Assembly: GCA_963848135.1 (NCBI GenBank)
Contig: CAWKCK010000002.1
Location: 186,001-250,000 of the forward strand
Direction: 5' to 3'
DNA length: 64,000 nt
Source of the DNA: an uncultured delta proteobacterium
Lineage (GTDB): Bacteria; Desulfobacterota; Desulfobacteria; Desulfobacterales; SG8-13
Positions 48,779-57,225 of this stretch are shown piece after piece. Numbering within the stretch: position 1 is the stretch's first letter; each line of letters begins with the position of its first letter. Below the pieces are notes generated by a model. The model had not been told where the DNA came from, searched no databases, and was given only the letters and a program-made list of their open reading frames with translations. A program made the position numbers and the translations under genes.

Positions 48779-49786
48779 TTGGGGATTAAGCAAATTATAG
48801 CTATTGGTCTGATGACATTTTTTGCCTTTTTCTCATCAGTTTTTCTTGCTAAAGCCGGTAAACCGGTTCCTTCAAACCTTTTTAATATCGGAAATTCAAT
48901 CGGTGAGGGAGAGGCGGCCGACGATGTTATCGGCGCCAAGCGTCATGGGACAGTCTGGTCGACGGGCTATAACCAGGGAGACATTGTTTTCAGCCTGAAC
49001 GAGCGCTTCGAGAGCATTGATCCGGCGGGTTACTATGAAAACAATACCGCTCGCGACGTCATATTCAATCAGGCAATCAGCGGATCCGAAATGGATGACT
49101 TTGCAGATCAGGCCGGAAGAATCATCGCGGCCGCCGCTGCGATACCACCTGGAAAAGCCGGTATGGTGGCCATCCTTCTCGGAGGCAATGACGTTTGTGC
49201 AGATAGTCTGGAGCAGATGACGCCCCCGGACCAATTTGAACAGCAATACCGTGCCGGGCTTGACGTGCTCGCCGCATCGGGTATCACCAAAAACGCATTC
49301 ATACACGTTTCGAGCATTCCGGCGATCTACTGGCTGTGGGATGCAAAACGAGGAAACGACTGGTGCCGCCTGGTTGCGTGGCCGTTTGTCCCCTGCCAAA
49401 ACCTCCTGGCGGATCCGGAGAACGATTGTCGGCCTGGTGGCTCACACCTCGAGCCCGATATCATTCATCCTGATGATGGCCCCCACTGTCGACGCAGGAA
49501 AACATTCCACGCCAGGATTCGAGATACCTACAATCCGATATTGGAGCGTGTACTTGCAGAATACAGAACCGACGGACGTCTCCCCAATTCATACTATATC
49601 GATATTTTCGATTTTTCTTTCGATGAAATACACGTCAACAGCGGTGACTGTTTCCATCCGAGCGTAAAGGGCCATGCAGATTTGGCCGCTGCGCAATGGT
49701 GTCAATCACCGTGGGGCCGTTTCGATGCGTCTTGTGGAAACCCCATAACATTACCGGGACTGCCACTGCTTCTTTTGAATGAATAA
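48779..49786 (+). CDS. secreted SGNH/GDSL hydrolase with Leu-rich C-terminal tail
   Basis: signal peptide, IGNSI, GGND, DCFHPS; ends ITLPGLPLLLLNE. Confidence 0.85.
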   Translation: MGIKQIIAIGLMTFFAFFSSVFLAKAGKPVPSNLFNIGNSIGEGEAADDVIGAKRHGTVWSTGYNQGDIVFSLNERFESIDPAGYYENNTARDVIFNQAISGSEMDDFADQAGRIIAAAAAIPPGKAGMVAILLGGNDVCADSLEQMTPPDQFEQQYRAGLDVLAASGITKNAFIHVSSIPAIYWLWDAKRGNDWCRLVAWPFVPCQNLLADPENDCRPGGSHLEPDIIHPDDGPHCRRRKTFHARIRDTYNPILERVLAEYRTDGRLPNSYYIDIFDFSFDEIHVNSGDCFHPSVKGHADLAAAQWCQSPWGRFDASCGNPITLPGLPLLLLNE

Positions 49787-49840
49787 GACCAGCGCATGGT
49801 AGTATGAAACAACCCCACCTCAGAACGAGTACTTGAGGAT

Positions 49841-50272
49841 ATGATGAAAAAACGATTAGCTCTTGTCATCGTCAGTGCATTGTTGTTCATCATCAACGGC
49901 AATACGGCGGCAAATCAGGGCCCTGTTAAAAATGACGAAGGTCTCGAATACATCGATCTCGTTGTCGGTACAGGATCGGTTGTCGGTGCTGGTAGTGTTG
50001 TAGTGGTGCATGTGATCGGTTGGCTCAAAGAGAACGGCCAAAAAGGAACCCAATTTATAAGTTCCTACGATCGCGGAAATCCAGTCGCTTTCAAGGTCGG
50101 AACCGATAGGGTCATGAAGGCGTGGAACATGGGAGTTTTAGGAATGAGGGCGGGCGGTAAACGACAACTCTTGGTCCCACCTGATTTGGGATACGGTGAA
50201 AAGGACGTTGGCAAGACCGTCCCGCCAAACGCGGAACTCATTTTTGAGATTGACCTGTTAGAAATAAGATAA
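49841..50272 (+). CDS. exported FKBP-type peptidyl-prolyl isomerase
   Basis: signal peptide, GMRAGGKRQLLVPPDLGYG, VPPNAELIFEIDLL. Confidence 0.92.
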   Translation: MMKKRLALVIVSALLFIINGNTAANQGPVKNDEGLEYIDLVVGTGSVVGAGSVVVVHVIGWLKENGQKGTQFISSYDRGNPVAFKVGTDRVMKAWNMGVLGMRAGGKRQLLVPPDLGYGEKDVGKTVPPNAELIFEIDLLEIR

Positions 50273-50392
50273 AATCAACGAAAATTGCCGCTCAACCCGC
50301 ACCGACCTCCTTCATTCATAAAGAACTGGACAATTGGATAAAACCAAGCAGCAGAACAATCGCCAGGCATGGTTGAACACTAACTCAGGAGA

Positions 50393-51550
50393 TCAATCTT
50401 GGTCCAGGAGCAGCAATGGTATACCCGATGAGCCTGTCGTCGATTTCTTGATCCCAATGCTCATCGCCGGGTAATCTGCAGAGGTTTCTGCTAAAAGGAG
50501 CAGGTTGCCGTCTTTGCTGATTATGCCATTGATCGGCCCAGCACCGGGAGCACTTATAAATAGTTCGCCATTCTCACTGAGTGTGTAATTAAACGTGCCG
50601 TTGCCGGCCTCTCCCCCTGAGTTGGATGAGTAAACCTCTTTAAAAGTCCCTTTCCCCTGACCATCCAATGTAATTTCAATGATGCCGGCTGCTGGACTGT
50701 CAGCTACCTGTGCCGGGCCAAGATTGTCAATTTCATCGGCGAACTGGCACATCGTATATGTACCCTTGGCTTTCGATGTATCCATGTCGCCATTCGATTT
50801 TTCAATACCGACAATGATCCCGGGTTCGAATGGAATGATAAAGGGGAAGGTAAACACACCACCATCTTGGCTAATGATTCCGGTAAATACGAGGGTTGGC
50901 TCCGGTGGCGGCAAGGCGATGGTCACGGTTAAATTTCCGTCGGCCGGGGTAGTGTCGATGGCGTATGTGAATATGCCGCTCTCGTTCTCACCGTCAGAAC
51001 TTTCCAAATCCTGAAAGGTACCGTTCCCACCGGCTCCCAAGGTAATTTCCATAAGAGTGACGGAAGGTTCATCGGCCGATTGGCCCGCCCCCGGGTTACT
51101 GACATCGTCGGAAATTTGAACAGCAATATAGGTTTTCGAGGTCATCGAGAGTGGTGCGTTTGGTTTCTTGACGCCGAATAAAATGCCCGGATTGTTTTCT
51201 CCAACCTCAGCAAATGCGAAAAATTGTGCGTCCGGGCTCACGATACCGGGGATGAAACCTTCCCCGGGCAAAATCTTCACTTCACCCGTTGGTTTCAGGG
51301 TATAATCAAAGCTACCGCTTTCCAGTGGCCCACCGTCCGAAAGGCTCAAATCCAGAAAACTTCCGCCACCGCTTCCGTCCAATGTGATGCGATGGAAACC
51401 GGCTTCCGGTTGATCGGCACTCAAAGCTTGGATTTCATCATTAAAAGAGCTTAGCAGGTAATCTCCAACGGGCTTGGGACCTGAAATAGAATTTGAGGGG
51501 CAAAATGCAAAAATGCAAAGAACAATCAAAGAATAACGAAATGCTGTCAT
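50393..51550 (-). CDS. secreted protein with three tandem beta-rich domains and Leu-rich tail
   Basis: signal peptide MTAFRYSLIVLC..., 3x (ADxP...ITL.GxGxGxF...SG.F.Y...GI.S.D...GxxK); ends SSGIPLLLLDQD. Confidence 0.75.
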   Translation of the reverse strand: MTAFRYSLIVLCIFAFCPSNSISGPKPVGDYLLSSFNDEIQALSADQPEAGFHRITLDGSGGGSFLDLSLSDGGPLESGSFDYTLKPTGEVKILPGEGFIPGIVSPDAQFFAFAEVGENNPGILFGVKKPNAPLSMTSKTYIAVQISDDVSNPGAGQSADEPSVTLMEITLGAGGNGTFQDLESSDGENESGIFTYAIDTTPADGNLTVTIALPPPEPTLVFTGIISQDGGVFTFPFIIPFEPGIIVGIEKSNGDMDTSKAKGTYTMCQFADEIDNLGPAQVADSPAAGIIEITLDGQGKGTFKEVYSSNSGGEAGNGTFNYTLSENGELFISAPGAGPINGIISKDGNLLLLAETSADYPAMSIGIKKSTTGSSGIPLLLLDQD

Positions 51551-51720
51551 CCAAACCACCTCTGATCTTAATCGTTTAATTTTTTTAGCGATTGACGTCG
51601 AGAATTGTTTCAACGGTCATGATATGTTTGCCATATATAATAGAATAGACATTGGATACAAACATTCTTATTTTCTTTATCTAAAACTCGGCCCATAAAT
51701 TTTCTTTTAACAAATTCTTG

Positions 51721-52434
51721 TCAATTACCTAAAAGGAGTAGATTGTTTGCAGGTGATGCAGTCGGTTGTCTGCTAACATAAACGTCATCAAAATATACCG
51801 TGCATGTGCCAACGCCGTTGTTACTGCGGGTGCCGATGCCATTGAAGTGATCGTCAGTCGGCGCTAATGTCACTGGAAACGAAAACTCAATTGCCCCCTG
51901 CCCTTCCACCTCATATTCGGCATGGTCTCTGTATAGAACCATCGACATGGTGAAAGGCAAACCGGTATAGGCCAGCGGACGCTTGAAATATCCCCAAAAA
52001 TAATCACCCTTATATTCATAATCCGGCGCCGGGCCCAGACGCGGCAGACTAGACGAGATATAGTCCCGATCGGCTCTTATTTCATGTGCTGAATATACAT
52101 AATCGTCCCCAATTTTTCCTATGAAACTGGCCATTCTTGACCGCACGTCTCCGGAGCAGGCTTGCACAGTTATGGTGGCCTTTACGCCAATAATCGATTT
52201 CGGGTTTTTGATGAGCAACAAATAGCTGGAATCACCTGCAAATCCGGAAAGATGCTCGAATTTTGCCCGACCGTTTTCAACTGTAATGGTGGCGCTTGAA
52301 TTATCGATTTCCCATTTAGCCGGATCGATCTGTCCCGAATTGAAATTATCATATAACTGCCAATCTGATTGAGCATATGGCGTGAACCCGAATAGCAGCA
52401 CTGCGATGCATGCAAAAACAGTCTTTTTCTTCAT
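51721..52434 (-). CDS. secreted protein (paralog A) with Leu-rich tail
   Basis: SD GGAGG, Sec signal, LYDNF...W, YFDDVYV; ends PTASPANNLLLLGN. Confidence 0.8.
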   Translation of the reverse strand: MKKKTVFACIAVLLFGFTPYAQSDWQLYDNFNSGQIDPAKWEIDNSSATITVENGRAKFEHLSGFAGDSSYLLLIKNPKSIIGVKATITVQACSGDVRSRMASFIGKIGDDYVYSAHEIRADRDYISSSLPRLGPAPDYEYKGDYFWGYFKRPLAYTGLPFTMSMVLYRDHAEYEVEGQGAIEFSFPVTLAPTDDHFNGIGTRSNNGVGTCTVYFDDVYVSRQPTASPANNLLLLGN

Positions 52435-52508
52435 TATCTATCCTCCATCTATGGATTAAATGGCTGGCATTCGTTGAGTCGATATCCCGAAATTATAGAT
52501 TCAAACGA

Positions 52509-53180
52509 TTACGGCCGCAACACATAGACATTGTCAAAATATACCGTACAAGGGCCCTCGCCTAATGTGCTTCTAGTGCCTATGCCTCTAAAAAAATTGT
52601 CCGGGGGGGCTATGGCTGTTGCATATTTGTAAGCAATTTTTCCAAGGCCGTCGACTTCGTATGTGATTTTTTCGCTCTCAAACACCATAGTCAGGTTAAA
52701 GGAGACGCCGGTTATGTCAACCGGTTTTTGATAGTGCGCGTAATGTAGGTCCTGGGCCCATGTGTAATCCGGAGGCGGCCCTTCCAGGCCTGAGCTGGTA
52801 TAGATGGTTTGATTTTCCGGTTGCAGTTGAATCGATGTAAAAACATGGTTTGTTCCCACCTTGCCGCTATACCCGGCAATGCGTGCCCGGACATCTCCGG
52901 TGCAAGATGTGATGAGTACATCGGTTTTGATGCCAAGGATGTTTGCGGGGTCTTGAGAAAAATGCAAATAGCTGGAATCATTTGGGTGGTTAATTTGATG
53001 GATAAACCGCGCCTGGCCTCCTTCAACTCCGATGCTGGCGCTGGAGTTATCAATGTCCCATCGTTGTGTGTCAATAGCACCGGTGCTAAAATCGTCATAT
53101 AGTTCCCAGCCGGCATTAACCGAGATCGGTAACCCAGTTAATAAAACAACGATATACACAACCAATTCATGAAGTTTCAT
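52509..53180 (-). CDS. secreted protein (paralog B), no tail
   Basis: SD GGGGAG + ATG 53180, collinear with paralog A; ends YFDNVYVLRP. Confidence 0.8.
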   Translation of the reverse strand: MKLHELVVYIVVLLTGLPISVNAGWELYDDFSTGAIDTQRWDIDNSSASIGVEGGQARFIHQINHPNDSSYLHFSQDPANILGIKTDVLITSCTGDVRARIAGYSGKVGTNHVFTSIQLQPENQTIYTSSGLEGPPPDYTWAQDLHYAHYQKPVDITGVSFNLTMVFESEKITYEVDGLGKIAYKYATAIAPPDNFFRGIGTRSTLGEGPCTVYFDNVYVLRP

Positions 53181-53329
53181 TCTCCCCCCTTGTGTGATTA
53201 ACTTTACCACCATTGGACGGTTATACCAGCGAACAACATGCTTTTTGAAAACTCTTTGTTCGAAATTATAAGGAAATGGCCGACCGGCCCTGATCTTGTT
53301 GGTGTAGTTGTCTACGGTAAATCATTTAG

Positions 53330-54187
53330 TTAATTCATCGGAACCACCACCACGCTTTTCTTTGGTGTGATCGAAATCGGAGACGAAAAGTCTTTCACCG
53401 CGATCGAGCTCGAATATGCTCTTGAGTTGTTGTTACGGGTTCTCACCTGTAATGTAAATCGAATCTCATCACCTTTGCCAAGAAGTTCCTGGTACGTTGC
53501 CGCGGGGATGAAGGAAGAACCCACCTGGATGGGTAAGTTGGGCCAGAACAAGGCCACGAACTGGCCGTTATTATATACGGCCACACCCGCGCGGTATTGC
53601 AGGTCATATTCCGGATGGGTTTCAGCAAGGACCAATAGCTCATTGGGGATCGACCATGTCCAGTAGACATTGCCGTCCGAACCGGTTTGAATTTGATATG
53701 AACGCGAGGAAATGGGGGGAATATCGACAAGGTACAGCATATCGATAGTTTGTTGGAGAACCTGCGCATTTTCCATAACTACTTGAAGGGTGTATTGACC
53801 TATTACGATCGGATCAAGAATATCAGCGTAAAATTCGCTAATCTGGAATGCAGGGGGATACACCCAGTCAAGCCCTCCTGTTTGATTCTGGCTTAGGTAT
53901 GCCGGGTAATAATCAAACGGAGGGTCAAATCTCTTGTTGCTCAAATTTACAGGGCTTCCACTGGGATCTGTCAGGTTGTAGCTCGTGACCGCACTTTCAC
54001 TGGCAACATAATTACCACCATCATCTTTAATTTCAATCGCAAGACGGTTGACTTGGTTGCCTGATTCAAACACACGGTATTGGATGGCGACCCAGTCAAG
54101 TTCATAAGCATTGGATGTAGCTGCCTGAAATGTTGTCAATGTCAGGATGAGGGAGATGCAGAACACAACCTTTGCAATTTTACTCAT
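53330..54187 (-). CDS. secreted protein with C-terminal KK-VVVVP motif
   Basis: SD AAGGAGGA, Sec signal ...SNA-Y; ends ITPKKSVVVVPMN. Confidence 0.8.
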   Translation of the reverse strand: MSKIAKVVFCISLILTLTTFQAATSNAYELDWVAIQYRVFESGNQVNRLAIEIKDDGGNYVASESAVTSYNLTDPSGSPVNLSNKRFDPPFDYYPAYLSQNQTGGLDWVYPPAFQISEFYADILDPIVIGQYTLQVVMENAQVLQQTIDMLYLVDIPPISSRSYQIQTGSDGNVYWTWSIPNELLVLAETHPEYDLQYRAGVAVYNNGQFVALFWPNLPIQVGSSFIPAATYQELLGKGDEIRFTLQVRTRNNNSRAYSSSIAVKDFSSPISITPKKSVVVVPMN

Positions 54188-54547
54188 AATCCGTCCTCCT
54201 TGGTCGATAAGATGTTTGTATTATCGGCGATTGGGCAGCACTTTAGAGTTGTGTCTCAGTTATTGAAATGGCCGACACTGCAGGTAGCCCAAATCAATTG
54301 AAATAATGTATAAAATACCGGGAAATGACTAGTTTGTAAAGATTAGTTTAGTGTATTAATGATTGTGATATCTTTATTAATTTACGCTCAGCTGAGTGGC
54401 TTTGAAACTGCTGAATGTATTGCCGGTTGTTTCGATCGTATACCTGGCAGTGATGATTTGGCCGTCGTTGCTAAAGGGCGGTTATTTTTGGTCGACCCTA
54501 ATTGATATCGCCAACAAAAGGATATGTTGATTGTCATCTCTATCAGG

Positions 54548-55909
54548 TTAAATCGACCTTATGCCGATGTTGGTCTTAATGACCGATGCAATTCTCTGGC
54601 AATATCTATGGGTCTCTACCTCGCTGGGTCCCTCCACCATTACCCGGCACTGTTGCTGGGTCCCGGAATAGCGCACCAGTACCCGTCCCTTTCCAGCAAG
54701 TTCATTTTCTACTTGGCTTATAGCTTCCTGGACTTCTGTGAGTGTATCCAAGGGCGGTTTGCTTTTGACATCGACGTTGACGAGCACTTGGGGAAATACG
54801 GTCATTACGGACTTTAATTCGGACAACGGTTTATTTTCTGACACCATGATTTCAAGCAGTGAAAGAGCCGTTAGAATACCGTCTCCAGTTGTCTGGTGAT
54901 TCAAAAAGACGGTGTGCCCTGACTCTTCACCCCCCAGGACCGCTCCAACGGCCACCATCTTCTCCATGACATAACGATCACCGACATTGGTTATCTCATG
55001 GTGGATATCCATTTTCTTTAGAGCCTCGCCGAGGCCAATATTGCTCATCACCGTGCTGACGACAGTGTTGCTCTGTAAAGTACCATTATTTTTGAAATGC
55101 TGCGCACAGATGGCCAGCATTTGGTCACCGGTAAGGATCTCACCGTTCTCATCGACCGCCACGAGTCGATCTCCATCTCCGTCGAAAGCCAGACCAATGT
55201 GTGCATTTAATTCGCGAACCCTGTTTGCCAGGGATTCGGGGTGCTGAGAGCCACACATATGATTGATGTTTTTACCGTCCGGTACGGCGTAGAGGGCTTC
55301 CACCGAGGCCCCTAACCCTGCAAACAGTTTCGGAGCGATCCTGTAGGTAGCACCGTTGGCGCAATCCAGAACCACCGTGAAATCGTCGAAGCGGGATCCT
55401 TCAGAAACGGACTGAATTAGAAAATCGGCGTACTGGTTTTCACCATCGTCAAGTTCGATTCTTTGGCCGGTGTCGCGAATGCCTATGCTTTCCCTCTCAG
55501 TTGCTGCGTCATCGAGAACAAGAGTCTCGATCAAGTCTTCCGTTTCATCTGACAGTTTGTACCCATTGTGATCGAAAATTTTGATGCCGTTGTCATAATA
55601 GGGGTTGTGAGATGCCGAGATGACAATGCCGGCAGCAACACCGAGGTTTTTGGCCAGATATGCCACCCCGGGTGTTGGTAGCACGCCGGCAACTAACGCA
55701 TCACAACCAACAGAACAACACCCGGATACGATGGCGGATTCTATCATGGTGCCCGAAAGGCGGGTATCTCTGCCAATGACAATGGCCGATCGCTCTTGAT
55801 TGCCAAAGTGGAGACCGATCGCTCTACCGACTCTAAGTGCCATTTCCGGTATCATCGGATACTCATTGGCTACCCCACGAATGCCGTCAGTTCCGAAAAG
55901 TTTGCCCAT
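54548..55909 (-). CDS. glmM: phosphoglucosamine mutase
   Basis: LFGTDGIRG, ISASHNP, DGDGDR, GGEESGH, RYSGT. Confidence 0.96.
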   Translation of the reverse strand: MGKLFGTDGIRGVANEYPMIPEMALRVGRAIGLHFGNQERSAIVIGRDTRLSGTMIESAIVSGCCSVGCDALVAGVLPTPGVAYLAKNLGVAAGIVISASHNPYYDNGIKIFDHNGYKLSDETEDLIETLVLDDAATERESIGIRDTGQRIELDDGENQYADFLIQSVSEGSRFDDFTVVLDCANGATYRIAPKLFAGLGASVEALYAVPDGKNINHMCGSQHPESLANRVRELNAHIGLAFDGDGDRLVAVDENGEILTGDQMLAICAQHFKNNGTLQSNTVVSTVMSNIGLGEALKKMDIHHEITNVGDRYVMEKMVAVGAVLGGEESGHTVFLNHQTTGDGILTALSLLEIMVSENKPLSELKSVMTVFPQVLVNVDVKSKPPLDTLTEVQEAISQVENELAGKGRVLVRYSGTQQQCRVMVEGPSEVETHRYCQRIASVIKTNIGIRSI

Positions 55910-55971
55910 AATATGATCCTTCACCGACCAACAATCTGATAATGTTATTAATAATTTTATTTTCCGGCATG

Positions 55972-57210
55972 CTATTTAAAAGATGGGATAAATCCCAGGG
56001 CACCCGAAGTGACATCATCGACAATACCTTGCAACCAACCAGTTCCAATGGCAGTTGCATTTCGGTCCAGATTATTGATTGCCCGAAGGTAGTTTTTACC
56101 TTCTTGGTCGATGACCTTTTGTAAAGCTACCATAAAACGATTCCGGCCGATCTTGTCCCCTTCCCTACCGCGTGCTGCTTCAATAAAGTCTTTTAAGTCA
56201 GACCATCGGTCGCCAAGTTCAATCTGACGTTTACTCAGTCTAGTGGTAACGTTTTCGGTATCATCCTCATAAGCCTTGAATTTGAAAATGAATTCCTCGA
56301 ACCGTTTGATGCGCTCGTCGATAGCCCTAGATATTTTTTGCATGGCCGCGTCTAAGAGCAGCTGGGATAATTCGGGAGATACGAACTGGGAGCGGACGGT
56401 CTTATACCACTGATAGAGAGCTATCAGGTTTGCTATGTAGTCGATATTGTTGGTCACAATCCGCTTTTCACCGTGATAGCGACCTGGGATATACGGCACA
56501 TTACCGCTTTTACTTCCGCCCCCGCCGATGATCAACCGGCCGCTTCGCCGTTCATCCTTGCGGTGAATCGTACCCGCAGCAATGACGGTGCCGTACTCTA
56601 ACCGGCAGGGGCCGACCAGCCCCCCCTGCCCTCCCAGGAAAATAGGAATTTGGTTCAACATCACGCCCCGGGGGACATCCCCGATCAGCGAGGCGGTGGC
56701 TTTGTCCTGGTTGGGTGTGTAATTGAAGTGAATATATGAACTGCCAACCTCACTGTGGTTTTTTTTGTCCGTGCCGCCGGCCATCAGGCAGTCGCAGAAA
56801 TTGATCAGGCTCCCCAGCGTGACGTATGGAAACAGGATCGTCTGTTTTAACCCCACCGTATGGGCAATGCTGGCGTCTTCTTCGAGGATCGTTCCTTCTC
56901 GCACCTGCGCGCCGGACCCGGTGGAGGCCCCTGCCAGAAATACCGCATCCTTGAAGTACCCGCCGCCAAGTTCGACCTTGGGACCAATCTGACAGTCGAC
57001 GACCGTGGCCGGGCCTTCGAATCCCAGCCGGGAATTGTCGAGAATGAGGGTCGATTGGCCATAAATCTTGCAGCCGGAATGAATGATAACACCTTTACCG
57101 GAAATTCTATCCGGATCGACGTCTTCACCGATTTCGACCGCTTCCGGTGCAGGAATCCGGACACCTTTGTCCTGAAGAAGCTGTATCACTGTTCGCTTTA
57201 TGTGCGCCAT
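55972..57210 (-). CDS. GlmU-like left-handed beta-helix protein lacking the N-terminal uridyltransferase domain
   Basis: begins L..KGVRIP.P, hexapeptide-like repeats, AHTVGLK, FNYTPNQDK; between capD and glmM. Confidence 0.7.
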   Translation of the reverse strand: MAHIKRTVIQLLQDKGVRIPAPEAVEIGEDVDPDRISGKGVIIHSGCKIYGQSTLILDNSRLGFEGPATVVDCQIGPKVELGGGYFKDAVFLAGASTGSGAQVREGTILEEDASIAHTVGLKQTILFPYVTLGSLINFCDCLMAGGTDKKNHSEVGSSYIHFNYTPNQDKATASLIGDVPRGVMLNQIPIFLGGQGGLVGPCRLEYGTVIAAGTIHRKDERRSGRLIIGGGGSKSGNVPYIPGRYHGEKRIVTNNIDYIANLIALYQWYKTVRSQFVSPELSQLLLDAAMQKISRAIDERIKRFEEFIFKFKAYEDDTENVTTRLSKRQIELGDRWSDLKDFIEAARGREGDKIGRNRFMVALQKVIDQEGKNYLRAINNLDRNATAIGTGWLQGIVDDVTSGALGFIPSFK

Positions 57211-57225
57211 TGTGCGTACCTTCTT

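Noticed and set aside
26120..54187. Interpreting the tails as PEP-CTERM/GlyGly-CTERM/LPXTG or an outer-membrane beta-signal
   Set aside because: No signature motif, no full TM helix, no basic cluster, no terminal aromatic residue.
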